From contig DATDOY010000106.1 of assembly GCA_035293045.1 (NCBI GenBank), positions 562 through 64,561 on the forward strand: a stretch of 64,000 bases of DNA. Reading direction: 5' to 3'. The position numbers and the translations under genes were made by a program. The stretch comes from Acidimicrobiia bacterium (GTDB taxonomy: Bacteria > Actinomycetota > Acidimicrobiia > IMCC26256 > JACPCJ01). The notes under the pieces are model-generated. The model did not search any database. It saw only the letters and a program-made list of their open reading frames with translations, and was not told the origin of the DNA. Positions 36,716 to 46,600 of this stretch are shown here, in pieces; within the stretch, counting starts at the first letter, position 1, and each line of letters opens with the position of its first letter.

Positions 36716-37840
36716 ATGACCGGAGACCAGGGGCCTGTTGTCGCTCAGGGACCGGGCCTCACCGCGACGCCCGTCGAGACCCACCAGGCTCACCCCGATG
36801 CCACGCCTTTCGTGGGCGCTTCCGTGCTGCGGCGCGAGGAGCGGGAGGAGGCCATCGACGCGTCGCTGGCGCCCGGAGCCACCCGTCCCATCGGAGCAGG
36901 CGTGCGCGCCATCGCCGAGGAGCCCGACCCGCACCGACTCTCCTTCGAACGCGACCTCGACCGGGTGAAGCACTCGTCCCCGTGGCGGCGGCTCGCCGGG
37001 AAGTGCCAGGTCTTCATCGCCCCCGACGACGACCACCTCCGCACAAGGATGACCCACGCCGTCGAGGTCGCGCAGGTCGCGACCGGCATTGCCCGGGCGG
37101 CTCGCCTGTGCGTCCCGCTCGCCGAGGCGATCGCGCTCGCCCATGATTGCGGCCACGGGCCGGCCGGGCACGCGTCGGAGACGGCGTTCTCGCCGTTCAT
37201 GCCGGGCGGCATGTACGACCACGCGGTCTACGGCGCCGACGTCACGCTGGCCAGCCTCAACCTGTGCGTCGAGACGCTCGACGGGGTGCGCAACCACTCG
37301 TGGCGCCGCCCGGCCCCCGGCACGCCCGAAGGCGAGGTGGTCGCGTGGGCCGACCGCATCGCCTACGTGTGCCACGACTTCTCCGACGCATGCAGGGCCG
37401 GCATCGTCCACCCCGACGATCTGCCCGGGGACGTTCGGGAGGTCGTCGGGACGCGACAGTCGGAGCAGATCGGCGCGTTCATCGGCGCGGTCCTCGAGGG
37501 CGTCGACGCCACCGGCAGGGTCGCGATGACCGAGCCCGCCGCGTCGGCGCTGGCGTCGTTCCGGGCGTTCAACTTCGAACGGATCTACCTGCGGCCCGCC
37601 GCCGTTCGCCAGGCCGACAAGGTGATCGCTCTGCTCCGCGGGCTCGTCGAGTTCTTCATCGATGCCCCGGCGCGCGTGCCCGCGGTGGCCGACGGTCGGG
37701 TCGGCCTTCCCCCGGCGGGGTCCGACGAAGCGGCCGCGGTGGCGGTGCGATACGTGAGCGGGATGACCGACCGCTTCGCGCTCGCGCTGGGCGTCGAGTT
37801 GCTCGGATGGCGCCCCGAGGATCTCCCCCGGGGCGTGTGA
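36716..37840 (+). CDS. dgt: dGTP triphosphohydrolase-like HD-domain protein
   Basis: FERDLDRVKHSSPWRRLAGKCQVF, RTRMTHAVEVAQVA, and LAHDCGHGPAGHASE. It occupies the conserved dgt-dnaG neighbourhood. I trimmed the start to ATG 36716. Confidence 0.85.
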   Translation: MTGDQGPVVAQGPGLTATPVETHQAHPDATPFVGASVLRREEREEAIDASLAPGATRPIGAGVRAIAEEPDPHRLSFERDLDRVKHSSPWRRLAGKCQVFIAPDDDHLRTRMTHAVEVAQVATGIARAARLCVPLAEAIALAHDCGHGPAGHASETAFSPFMPGGMYDHAVYGADVTLASLNLCVETLDGVRNHSWRRPAPGTPEGEVVAWADRIAYVCHDFSDACRAGIVHPDDLPGDVREVVGTRQSEQIGAFIGAVLEGVDATGRVAMTEPAASALASFRAFNFERIYLRPAAVRQADKVIALLRGLVEFFIDAPARVPAVADGRVGLPPAGSDEAAAVAVRYVSGMTDRFALALGVELLGWRPEDLPRGV

Positions 37841-37844
37841 GCCG

Positions 37845-38378
37845 CTACAGGCCGGGCTTGGCCACCATGAGGTAGAGGATCACGACCACGAGGATGTGGT
37901 TGACCCCGCTGAACATGCCCAGCTTCTTGCCGAGAACGTCCATCGCGGCCACCTGCGGCGGTGGGCCCTGGGCCCCCGCGGGCGGCGGACCCATCGAGGC
38001 CAGTTCACGGCTCAGTTCGGCGATCTTGCGGGCCGACGGCATGAGCACCACGGTGGCGTTGGTGAGGCCGACGGCGAAGAGGACGAGGGCAAGCCACACC
38101 CAGGTCTGGGAGAACTCCAAGACGTCGCCGCTCATGAAGACGAGCCCGACTCCGAGCACGGGGATGGTGTAGATCACCTTCTCGGCGAGGCGGCCGACGA
38201 AGTCGTTGGCCTCGGCGATGCCCGCCGATCCCATCGCATCGCCCGATTCGCCGGCCTTCTTGGCCCGCATGCCGTACACGCCGTACCAGAACGTCACCCC
38301 GAGGCCGGCCATGACCGCGAGGAGGTGGAGCACCTTGGTGACCTTGTACGCGCCGTCCATGTAGTCCGCGATGAGCAC
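37845..38378 (-). CDS. Integral membrane protein (about 4 TM helices), function unknown
   Basis: Hydrophobic segments (VLHLLAVMAGLGVTFWYGVY, IPVLGVGLVFM, WVWLALVLFAVGL, ILVVVILYLMV) and good GC3 bias. Confidence 0.65.
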   Translation of the reverse strand: MLIADYMDGAYKVTKVLHLLAVMAGLGVTFWYGVYGMRAKKAGESGDAMGSAGIAEANDFVGRLAEKVIYTIPVLGVGLVFMSGDVLEFSQTWVWLALVLFAVGLTNATVVLMPSARKIAELSRELASMGPPPAGAQGPPPQVAAMDVLGKKLGMFSGVNHILVVVILYLMVAKPGL

Positions 38379-38480
38379 CGTCCATACCTCCGTGTTCCGA
38401 GTGTCCGCAGTCGGCGCAGCTTACGAGATCGGGGTTTCCTGATCTCGTCGTTCACCGTCCACTTGTAGGCTCGACCGCCA

Positions 38481-40280
38481 ATGGGGATCGTCGACGACGA
38501 CATCGCCCGGGTGCGTGAGGCGACCGACATCGCGGCCGTCATCGGCGAGCACATCGGGCTCAAGCGGGTCGGGCGGCGCCTGGTCGGCGTGTGCCCATTC
38601 CACGCCGAGAAGACGCCGTCGTTCTCGGTGAACCCCGAACTCGGGCTCTACCACTGCTTCGGTTGCCAGGCGTCCGGGGACGCCATCACGTTTCTTCGCG
38701 AGATCGAGCATCTGGATTTCGTCGAGGCGGTTGAGCGCCTCGCCACCCGGGCGGGCGTCCAGCTCCGCTACGACGAGCGGGGCAAGAGCGAGGGTCGGGA
38801 AAAACGCGGTCGGCTGGTCGAGGCGATGGAGGCCGCCGTCGACTTCTACCACCGACGGTTGCTCGAGGCTCCCGATGCGGGGGCCGCCCGCCGCTACCTC
38901 CGGAGTCGAGGGTTCGAGGCCGACGCCGTCCGGCAGTTCCGGCTCGGTTGGGCGCCCGAAGGATGGGACGAGCTGAGCCGGCACCTCCATCAGCGCAAGT
39001 TCTCGCGCGAGGAGATCACCGACGCCGGGCTCGCCTTCGTCAACAAGGCGAGCCGGTTGCAGGACCAGTTCCGCGGTCGCGTGATGTTCCCGATCCTGGA
39101 CCCGGGCGGCGACGCGGTGGCCTTCGGCGGTCGCGCCTTCGCCGACGACGCCGGGCCGAAGTACAAGAACTCCCCCGAGGGGGCGCTCTACCACAAGAGC
39201 CGCGTCCTCTACGGGCTCAACTGGGCGAAGGCCGAGGCCGTCGCCCACGGCGAGCTGGTCGTGTGTGAGGGCTATACCGACGTCATGGCGTGCCACCTCG
39301 CCGGCGCGCCCCGGGCGGTGGCCACGTGCGGGACGGCCTTGACCGAGGACCACGTTCGGCTCATGAAGCGGTTCGTGTCGCGGGTGGTGTTGGCGTATGA
39401 CGCCGACGCCGCGGGGCAGGCGGCGGCGGAGAAGTTCTACGCGTGGGAGCACCAGTACGAGTTGGAGGTCGCCGTCGCCGCGCTTCCGGAAGGGCGCGAT
39501 CCCGCCGAGGTCTGGGCCGACGACCCCGACTTGCTGGTCAAGGCGATCGACGGCGCTCGGCCGTTTCTGCGCTTCCGCCTCGACCGGTTGATGGAGCGGG
39601 CCGACCGCTCGTCGGCCGAGGGGCGGGCACGGGCCGCCAACGGCGCGATCGACCTCGTGGCCGAGCACCCCGACCCGCTCGTGCGCGACCAATACGTCGT
39701 TCGGCTGTCGGATGAGCTGGCGATCGACGTCGACCGGCTGCGGGAGTCGGTCGAGCGAGCGCGGCGCACCCGCGGGCAGCCGCGCCCCGTGGCGGCCGAC
39801 GACGCGTCCGGGCCCGGCGGCGGCCCGGATCTCACCGAGGTCATCGACCGGCGCGACCTCGAGGCGGTGCGGATCGCCGTGCACCATCCCGAGTTCGTCC
39901 CCGATTGGTTCGACGCGTCGCATTTGGCGACATCTGTGGCGCGTGACGCGTTCAGCGCTCTGGCGTCGGCCGCCACCTTCGGCGACGCCGTCGAGGTCGC
40001 GACCGAGCCGGCGCGGGCGCTGCTCCGACGCCTCGCCGTCGAGGAGTTGCCGGTCGATGAGGACGTCGAGTCGTATGCCACGGACGTCATGGTGTTCGTG
40101 GTCGAGGCGGCCGCCCGGAGATATGAGCTTTCCCTTGTGCGCCAAGGCGATGATCGGTCCATCGACGGCAAGAAGCTGCTCGAGGCGCTCCACGCTGCGA
40201 TGGCCGAGGATGATCGGGAGACCGGGCGGAAGGTCGCGGAGCAGTTGGTAACGTGGGTCAACGAGGGGAGCGAGAGGTAA
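38481..40280 (+). CDS. dnaG: DNA primase
   Basis: Zinc finger [34 protein letters not shown] and a TOPRIM region ([10 protein letters not shown]...YDADAAGQ). Confidence 0.95.
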   Translation: MGIVDDDIARVREATDIAAVIGEHIGLKRVGRRLVGVCPFHAEKTPSFSVNPELGLYHCFGCQASGDAITFLREIEHLDFVEAVERLATRAGVQLRYDERGKSEGREKRGRLVEAMEAAVDFYHRRLLEAPDAGAARRYLRSRGFEADAVRQFRLGWAPEGWDELSRHLHQRKFSREEITDAGLAFVNKASRLQDQFRGRVMFPILDPGGDAVAFGGRAFADDAGPKYKNSPEGALYHKSRVLYGLNWAKAEAVAHGELVVCEGYTDVMACHLAGAPRAVATCGTALTEDHVRLMKRFVSRVVLAYDADAAGQAAAEKFYAWEHQYELEVAVAALPEGRDPAEVWADDPDLLVKAIDGARPFLRFRLDRLMERADRSSAEGRARAANGAIDLVAEHPDPLVRDQYVVRLSDELAIDVDRLRESVERARRTRGQPRPVAADDASGPGGGPDLTEVIDRRDLEAVRIAVHHPEFVPDWFDASHLATSVARDAFSALASAATFGDAVEVATEPARALLRRLAVEELPVDEDVESYATDVMVFVVEAAARRYELSLVRQGDDRSIDGKKLLEALHAAMAEDDRETGRKVAEQLVTWVNEGSER

Positions 40281-40284
40281 CGAA

Positions 40285-41565
<1,281 letters not shown>

Positions 41566-41574
41566 GGGCGGGCG

Positions 41575-41799
41575 TCAGCCGAGGCCGAGGCCGACGACCT
41601 CGTCGTCGGTGTCGCGCGCTTCGCGGATGCGCTCCACGCCCAGATCGACGACGGCCTTCGCCTTGTCGACGAGGTCGAAGCCGTTGACCCGATCGATGGT
41701 CCGGCGAATCTGCTTGTACCGCTCCTCACCAGCTCGTGCGCCGAGGTAGTAGCCGGCACAGAACCCGATGACGAGGCCGAGGCGAAAGCGAATGCTCAT
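41575..41799 (-). CDS. Small hypothetical membrane/amphipathic protein (74 aa, YtxH-like appearance)
   Basis: MSIRFRLGLVIGFCAGYYLGARAGEERYKQIRRTIDR... I trimmed it from track ORF 41575..42201, whose upstream part runs through the tRNA-Asn gene. Confidence 0.5.
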   Translation of the reverse strand: MSIRFRLGLVIGFCAGYYLGARAGEERYKQIRRTIDRVNGFDLVDKAKAVVDLGVERIREARDTDDEVVGLGLG

Positions 41800-41855
41800 G
41801 GCGTAGTCATACCGCGGTTCGTCGAATCTTGCACCTGGGGTGGTCAGCGGGCGAG

Positions 41856-41928
41856 CTCCGGGGGAGGGACTCGAACCCTCAACCGTGTCCTTAACAGGGA
41901 CCTGCTCCGCCAATTGAGCTACCCCGGA
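41856..41928 (-). tRNA. tRNA-Asn (anticodon GTT)
   Basis: Hand-folded cloverleaf. Acceptor TCCGGGG/CCCCGGA is perfect. D-arm GCTC..GAGC. Anticodon loop CTGTTAA. T-arm GAGGG-TTCGAGT-CCCTC. Discriminator G. CCA is not encoded. Confidence 0.88.
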
Positions 41929-42584
41929 ATGGACGCGGAGGATAGCAGCGCCTTGCAAAGGCCCATGATCTGGCGGTGAGTGCGGCTGCACGAGTACACG
42001 ATCGTGGCGCACCCCTTGGCGTGTTTGGTGTTTCGAATCCCCGCGTTGGGGACGGCGCGGTAGGGCTTGGTGAACTGGGACGATGGAATACCGGCGAGCT
42101 CCGACCAGAACTCGATAGCGGCGGCGAGGTTGAGGCCTTGGTGGAGGTAGAGCTTCACTCTCATCCGAGACTCGTCGATGAGAAAGAAGCACCTCAACCA
42201 ATCGCAGAAGAACCGAATCATGCGGGGGTCTGTGTTCGCAAAGGCGACGGCGCCGTCGGTCTTCGAGCCCTCGGCGGCGTAGAGCGCGACGCCAGCAGCG
42301 AGAAACTCTCGCTCCCCCAAGCGCGCAAGTCGATTTCGCCCGTCACGGTCGGACCGCTCGATCTCCGCCTGCTTTCTCCGCTGCAGCGCGTTCGCCCCGG
42401 GGTTCTTGGGGCCGTACCTCCGGTCGCTGAACGGGAGGCGGGGCGTGAACTCCACCTCGCGAACCCAGAGGGAGGCCGACGACTTCGAGACCCCCAACGC
42501 GCGAGCGATCTCGTTCAACGTGTGGCCCTGTCGGCGGAGCCGGCGGGCCTGCTCTTGCTCCTTGACCTTCCCGCGGTAACCCAT
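41919..42584 (-). CDS. N-terminal HTH + LAGLIDADG-like (single-motif homing-endonuclease-like) protein
   Basis: 221 aa. HTH: GHTLNEIARALGVSKSSASLWV. Then FLAAGVALYAAEGSKTDGAVAFANTDPRMIRFFCDWL, which resembles the LAGLIDADG helix plus following strands with an acidic Glu in the catalytic position. Many more A/T-ending codons than in neighbouring genes. The stop codon TAG lies inside tRNA-Asn (nt 8-10). Confidence 0.5.
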   Translation of the reverse strand: MGYRGKVKEQEQARRLRRQGHTLNEIARALGVSKSSASLWVREVEFTPRLPFSDRRYGPKNPGANALQRRKQAEIERSDRDGRNRLARLGEREFLAAGVALYAAEGSKTDGAVAFANTDPRMIRFFCDWLRCFFLIDESRMRVKLYLHQGLNLAAAIEFWSELAGIPSSQFTKPYRAVPNAGIRNTKHAKGCATIVYSCSRTHRQIMGLCKALLSSASIPG

Positions 42585-42623
42585 CTCCTGATTGTGCCGA
42601 GGGGGTGTGACATCCTGACGGCG

Positions 42624-42697
42624 GGGCCCGTAGCTCAGTTGGTCAGAGCAGCGGACTCATAATCCGTCGGTCCCAGGTTCGATCCCTGGCGGGCCCA
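42624..42697 (+). tRNA. tRNA-Met (anticodon CAT; elongator type, or tRNA-Ile2 if lysidinylated)
   Basis: Acceptor GGGCCCG/CGGGCCC. D-arm GCTC-AGTTGGTCA-GAGC. Anticodon loop CTCATAA. T-arm CCAGG-TTCGATC-CCTGG. Discriminator A. It lacks the initiator features (1:72 mismatch, three G-C pairs in the anticodon stem). Confidence 0.88.
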
Positions 42698-42870
42698 CCG
42701 ACCCTCACCGGCTTTGGTCCCTCTCCGAACGGGGGCAGTCTCCGCGATCACCTCGGGTCGTCCGGGCGTCGCGGGGGGCTCGGAAATCGCCTCTTGTCGT
42801 CGGCCAACTCGTTGGGTAGCGTCGGCTTCGGCTTCCCCCGCTGTGTGTCTCTCCACGTCCGGAGGAAGCC

Positions 42871-43311
42871 ATGGAATCCATTCGCCAGTCTCACTTCCGC
42901 GCGCTCACGTCGGCCGCGGTCGCGCTCGAAACCATCACCGACGTGCTCGCCATCCACCGCGACTGCGGGACGGTGGCCCTCATCGAGCACCGGCGCGATC
43001 AGCACGGGATCGCCATGCCCATCGAGGGACCCGACCCCGGGCCCGACCACCTCATCATGCTCGACGACCTCCTGCTCCGAGCGGTCGGCGACGACCCGGG
43101 TGCCCGCCTCGTGTTTGCCAGCGTGCGGATGCTCGGGGCCGACGGCGGCGTGGTGGCCGAAGCCGACATCGAAACGTGGCGGCGGCTGGTCGCCAACCAC
43201 GAAAACCACGCCTGCGACCTCGTCGATTGGTTCCTCGTCGATCCGGTCGAGGGCGAGGCGAGGTCGCTGGCCGAAACCGCCGGACCGCAGCCCGACTGGG
43301 CCGCCGCCTAG
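42871..43311 (+). CDS. Hypothetical protein, possibly a degenerate (metal-ligand-less) RadC/JAB-like domain
   Basis: GGAGGAAG SD before the ATG and strong GC3 bias. The segment LVFASVRMLGADGGVVAEADIETWRRLVANHENHACDLVDWFLV parallels the RadC core (..LAHNHPSG...ADIELTRRL....LDHIIV), but the HxH ligands are replaced. Confidence 0.6.
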   Translation: MESIRQSHFRALTSAAVALETITDVLAIHRDCGTVALIEHRRDQHGIAMPIEGPDPGPDHLIMLDDLLLRAVGDDPGARLVFASVRMLGADGGVVAEADIETWRRLVANHENHACDLVDWFLVDPVEGEARSLAETAGPQPDWAAA

Positions 43312-43412
43312 CAAAGGGAACGGTCGGCCGAGCCGCATCGCCTGATCTTGGGGGAGCTCGCGGCCCGGCCGGCCACTCGGTTGCCCCCGTTCAACGCACG
43401 GCGCAGGCGGTC

Positions 43413-43859
43413 GTGACGGAATTCGCGGGTAAGAATGCCGCGGCCATGCTCATCTTCGACGGCGATTGCGGGTTCTGTACGGCCTCGGCAACGTGGGTGA
43501 AACGCCGGGCTCAACCCGCCACGGCCGTCGTCCCGTTCCAGAACCTCGACGACGCCACCCTCGCCGGATTCGGCGTCACTCGCGACGACGTGCGGTCGGC
43601 GGCGTACTGGATCGGCGCGGGACCCCCGCGTCGGGGCCACCGCGCCATCGCCGCCGCGCTGCGCGACATCGGCGGGGCGTGGGGCATGGTCGGTCGCGTC
43701 GTCGATGCACCGGTGCTTCGGCCGGTGGCGTCGGTCAGCTACGCCCTCGTGGCGCGCTTTCGTCATCGCCTGCCTGGTGGAACTCCCGCGTGTCGTCCGG
43801 CACTGGGCGGGGGCCCCGACCCCGAACCCAACCCCAACCCGAACGCCGAACCCAACTGA
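43413..43859 (+). CDS. Thiol-disulfide oxidoreductase DCC family protein (DUF393)
   Basis: The signature LIFDGDCGFCTASATWV. The start is ambiguous between GTG 43413 and ATG 43446. The C-terminus has a PNPNPN low-complexity tail. Confidence 0.8.
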   Translation: MTEFAGKNAAAMLIFDGDCGFCTASATWVKRRAQPATAVVPFQNLDDATLAGFGVTRDDVRSAAYWIGAGPPRRGHRAIAAALRDIGGAWGMVGRVVDAPVLRPVASVSYALVARFRHRLPGGTPACRPALGGGPDPEPNPNPNAEPN

Positions 43860-43870
43860 GCCCCGGCGCC

Positions 43871-44629
43871 ATGTCGACCGTCGCCTTCTTCCACGCGCAC
43901 CCCGACGACGAGGCCATCTTCACCGGGGGCACCATCGCGCTCCTCTCCGACGCGGGCGCTCGCGTCGTGCTGGTCTTCGCCACGTCGGGGGAGCACGGCG
44001 AGGTGCGCGGCGATCTCGAACGGGGCGAGAGCATCGGCGACCATCGAGCCCGCGAGACCGCCGAAGCCGCACACGTGCTCGGCGCGGCGCGGGTGGAGTT
44101 CCTCGGCTACCGCGACTCCGGGCTCCCCGGCGACGCCGCCAACGACGCCCCCGGCGCGTTCGCCGTCGCGGCAACCGACGAGGCCGCGGCCCAACTCGCC
44201 GTCATCCTCGAGTCGGAATCGGTCGACGCACTTGTCACCTACGACGCCGGCGGCATCTACGGCCATCCCGACCACGTCCAGGTGCATCGCGTCGGCGCGC
44301 ACGCCGCCCGCCTCGCGGGGGTGGCCACCGTCTACCAGGCCACGGTCGATCGCGAGTACCTGCACTTCGTCGAGACGCATCTCGTCGACGAAGCCCACCG
44401 CGCGGCCGCCCCGTCCATGCCGACCGTGGGCGTCCCGACCGTCTACATCACCAACGAGATCGACGTGCGGGCGGTCCTCGACCGCAAGCGGGCGGCGATC
44501 GCCGCCCACGCGAGCCAAGTTCCCGAGACCTCATCGGCCATGTCGCTGCGCCCTGAGGCGTTCGCCGGGGTCTACGGCTTCGAGTGGTACGTCCGCGAGG
44601 GCCCTCCGGGTCCCCTCGACGAACTCTGA
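43871..44629 (+). CDS. PIG-L/LmbE family N-acetylglucosaminyl deacetylase
   Basis: AFFHAHPDDEAIFTGGTIA and GGIYGHPDHVQVH zinc-binding motifs. I trimmed the start to ATG 43871. Confidence 0.88.
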   Translation: MSTVAFFHAHPDDEAIFTGGTIALLSDAGARVVLVFATSGEHGEVRGDLERGESIGDHRARETAEAAHVLGAARVEFLGYRDSGLPGDAANDAPGAFAVAATDEAAAQLAVILESESVDALVTYDAGGIYGHPDHVQVHRVGAHAARLAGVATVYQATVDREYLHFVETHLVDEAHRAAAPSMPTVGVPTVYITNEIDVRAVLDRKRAAIAAHASQVPETSSAMSLRPEAFAGVYGFEWYVREGPPGPLDEL

Positions 44630-44819
44630 ACGACGCCCCGAATCCCCGACCCTGACGGATCGTCAGCGTCGCGCACCGCGTTCGGCCCGTCGACGCGCCG
44701 TGAAGGCCGCGAGTCTCCGCCGGGTTCGCCACGCACGGTCCCAGAAATTGGGGCTATGCAGGCCTCCGACGACGCCGTATACAGGGGAAAGAACCGAGCG
44801 TGAAAGGGGGAAGAAACGC

Positions 44820-45008
44820 ATGCGGGCACATCGCGAACCAGTCGAGGTTCGTTCGTCATTCGAGCACGGACACTGGTCGAGTGGCTTCGAAGTAGCGGAG
44901 GTCGTCCGCCGGCAGGAGCAGGAGTTCGTGCGCATCCGCCGCCGCTCCGACGGGGCGATCCTTCCGACGCTCTTCTCGCCAGAAGACGTCCGGCGCGCCC
45001 GTCGATAG
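44820..45008 (+). CDS. Small orphan ORF (62 aa), function unknown
   Basis: A purine-rich SD (GAAAGGGGGAAG) sits about 7 nt upstream of the ATG, and a perfect 12-bp-stem terminator follows. The product is MRAHREPVEVRSSFEHGHWSSGFEVAEVVRRQEQEFVRIRRRSDGAILPTLFSPEDVRRARR. GC3 is relaxed in the first half. Confidence 0.4.
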   Translation: MRAHREPVEVRSSFEHGHWSSGFEVAEVVRRQEQEFVRIRRRSDGAILPTLFSPEDVRRARR

Positions 45009-45052
45009 CCAAGACCGCACCGTCCCGCGAATGCATCGGGGGACACCGACAC

Positions 45053-45079
45053 GAGGGGCGGCCCATCGGGCCGCCCCTC
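45053..45079. terminator. Perfect 12-bp stem hairpin between the convergent small ORF and the ALDH gene
   Basis: GAGGGGCGGCCC-ATC-GGGCCGCCCCTC followed by GGCATTTCGG. Confidence 0.65.
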
Positions 45080-45131
45080 GGCATTTCGGACTCGTCGCGG
45101 CGCTCCCGGCCGCCGTTGCACCAGGCCTTGG

Positions 45132-46559
45132 CTACAGCTGCATCGACTTGATCTCGAGGAACTCCTCGACGCCATACTTGCCGAGCTCGCGACCGTGGCC
45201 CGATTGCTTGAAGCCGCCGAACGGCGCCATCGGGTTGAAGCTCCCGCCGTTGATGTCGACCTGTCCCGTGCGGATACGACGCGCCACGCGCTGAGCGCGA
45301 TCGGCGTCGCCCGACCACACCGCTCCGGCGAGACCGTAGATCGTGTCGTTGGCGATGCGGACGGCGTCCTCCTCATCCTCGAAGGGGATGATGGAGAGCA
45401 CCGGCCCGAAGATCTCCTCTTGGGCGATGGTCATGTCGTTGCGCACGTTGGCGAAGATCGTCGGGCTGACGAAGTAGCCCTTGTCGAGCCCGTCCGGCTG
45501 CTCGGCCCCACCGGTCACGAGCGTGGCGCCCTCGTCGATCCCCTTCTGGATGTACGAGCGCACGCGATCCTGCTGTTGCTTCGACACGAGCGGCCCGAGC
45601 CGGGTGGCGTCGTCGAGCGGATCACCGACCGTGAACTCCTCGGCGATCCGCTTGGCGATCTCGACCGCCTCGTCGTGCTTCTCCTTGGGCACCAACATCC
45701 GGGTCAGCGCCGTGCAGGTCTGGCCCGAGTTCAGGTAGCACCCGTTCAGCCCGGCGCGCACCGCGCGCTCAAGGTCGGCGTCCTCCAGGATGATGTTGGG
45801 CGACTTCCCGCCCAGTTCGAGCGCGACGCGCGCGATCCGGTTGGCCGCCAACTCGCTCACGCGCTTCCCGGCCCGCGTCGAGCCGGTGAAGTGCACCATG
45901 TCGACGTCGGGATGGGCGGCGAGCGCTTCGCCGGCCACCGGGCCGTTGCCGCTCACCAAGTTGAACACACCCGGTGGGAGTCCGATCTCGTCGATGACCT
46001 CGGCGAGGATGAAGCAGTTCAGCGGGGCGACTTCGGTCGGCTTCACGACGACCGTGCACCCCGTCGCCAGCGCGGGCGCGATCTTGCGGATCACCTGCAG
46101 CAGCGGGTAGTTCCACGGCGTGATGCACCCGACGACGCCGACCGGTTCCTTGACGATCAGCGAGTTGCCGATCTGCTCTTCCCACACGATCTCGTCGAGC
46201 ACCTGGGCGTAGCCGCCGAGCTCGGCGAGGGGAAGGCCCGCCTGGATGATGCGCGACAGGTTGAGGGTCATCCCCACTTCGCGGGCGATCGTCTGGGCGA
46301 TCTCCTCCTGACGGGCGCCGAGGCCTTCCATGAGCCGAAGCAGCGTCTTCTTGCGCTCGTCGACCGCCGTCTGGCTCCACTCGGGGAACGCCCGCTTCGC
46401 CGCGGCAACCGCCTTGTCGATGTCGTCGGCGTTCCCATCGGGGACGCGACCCATCACCTCTTCGGTCGCCGAGTTGATGACGTCGATGCTGCCGGTGCCG
46501 GCCGGCGCAACCCACGCCCCGTCGATGTAGAGCTTGTCGTAGATCTTGATGTCAGCCAT
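45132..46559 (-). CDS. NAD(P)-dependent aldehyde dehydrogenase
   Basis: [17 protein letters not shown]..., [13 protein letters not shown] (the conserved Glu region), and the catalytic Cys region [17 protein letters not shown] trimmed the start to ATG (complement of 46557-46559). Confidence 0.92.
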   Translation of the reverse strand: MADIKIYDKLYIDGAWVAPAGTGSIDVINSATEEVMGRVPDGNADDIDKAVAAAKRAFPEWSQTAVDERKKTLLRLMEGLGARQEEIAQTIAREVGMTLNLSRIIQAGLPLAELGGYAQVLDEIVWEEQIGNSLIVKEPVGVVGCITPWNYPLLQVIRKIAPALATGCTVVVKPTEVAPLNCFILAEVIDEIGLPPGVFNLVSGNGPVAGEALAAHPDVDMVHFTGSTRAGKRVSELAANRIARVALELGGKSPNIILEDADLERAVRAGLNGCYLNSGQTCTALTRMLVPKEKHDEAVEIAKRIAEEFTVGDPLDDATRLGPLVSKQQQDRVRSYIQKGIDEGATLVTGGAEQPDGLDKGYFVSPTIFANVRNDMTIAQEEIFGPVLSIIPFEDEEDAVRIANDTIYGLAGAVWSGDADRAQRVARRIRTGQVDINGGSFNPMAPFGGFKQSGHGRELGKYGVEEFLEIKSMQL

Positions 46560-46600
46560 GAGCCGATCGTAACCCAGGCTCCGCCGACTTGACCCGCCGG

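Noticed and set aside
38421-40193. 590-aa minus ORF
   Set aside because: It is antisense to dnaG, which has a clear zinc finger and TOPRIM domain.
42624-42697. Initiator tRNA-fMet
   Set aside because: The acceptor stem begins with a paired G1-C72, and the anticodon stem (GCGGA/TCCGT) lacks the three consecutive G-C pairs of initiators. I called it an elongator Met (or Ile2).
42714-43412. N-terminal 233 codons of + ORF 42714..43859
   Set aside because: They are out of frame with the well-supported 42871..43311 CDS, which has an SD and GC3 bias. Only the DCC-family part from about 43413 onward makes sense in this frame.
41856-45130. tRNA-associated genomic island or prophage remnant
   Set aside because: There is no integrase, recombinase, transposase or phage gene, and I did not spot a direct repeat of either tRNA 3' end downstream. 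Only the HTH-LAGLIDADG-like ORF and the small orphan ORF show atypical codon usage, so I report these individually rather than calling an island.
45195-46592. 465-aa + ORF
   Set aside because: It is antisense to the aldehyde dehydrogenase gene, which has the catalytic Cys/Glu motifs.
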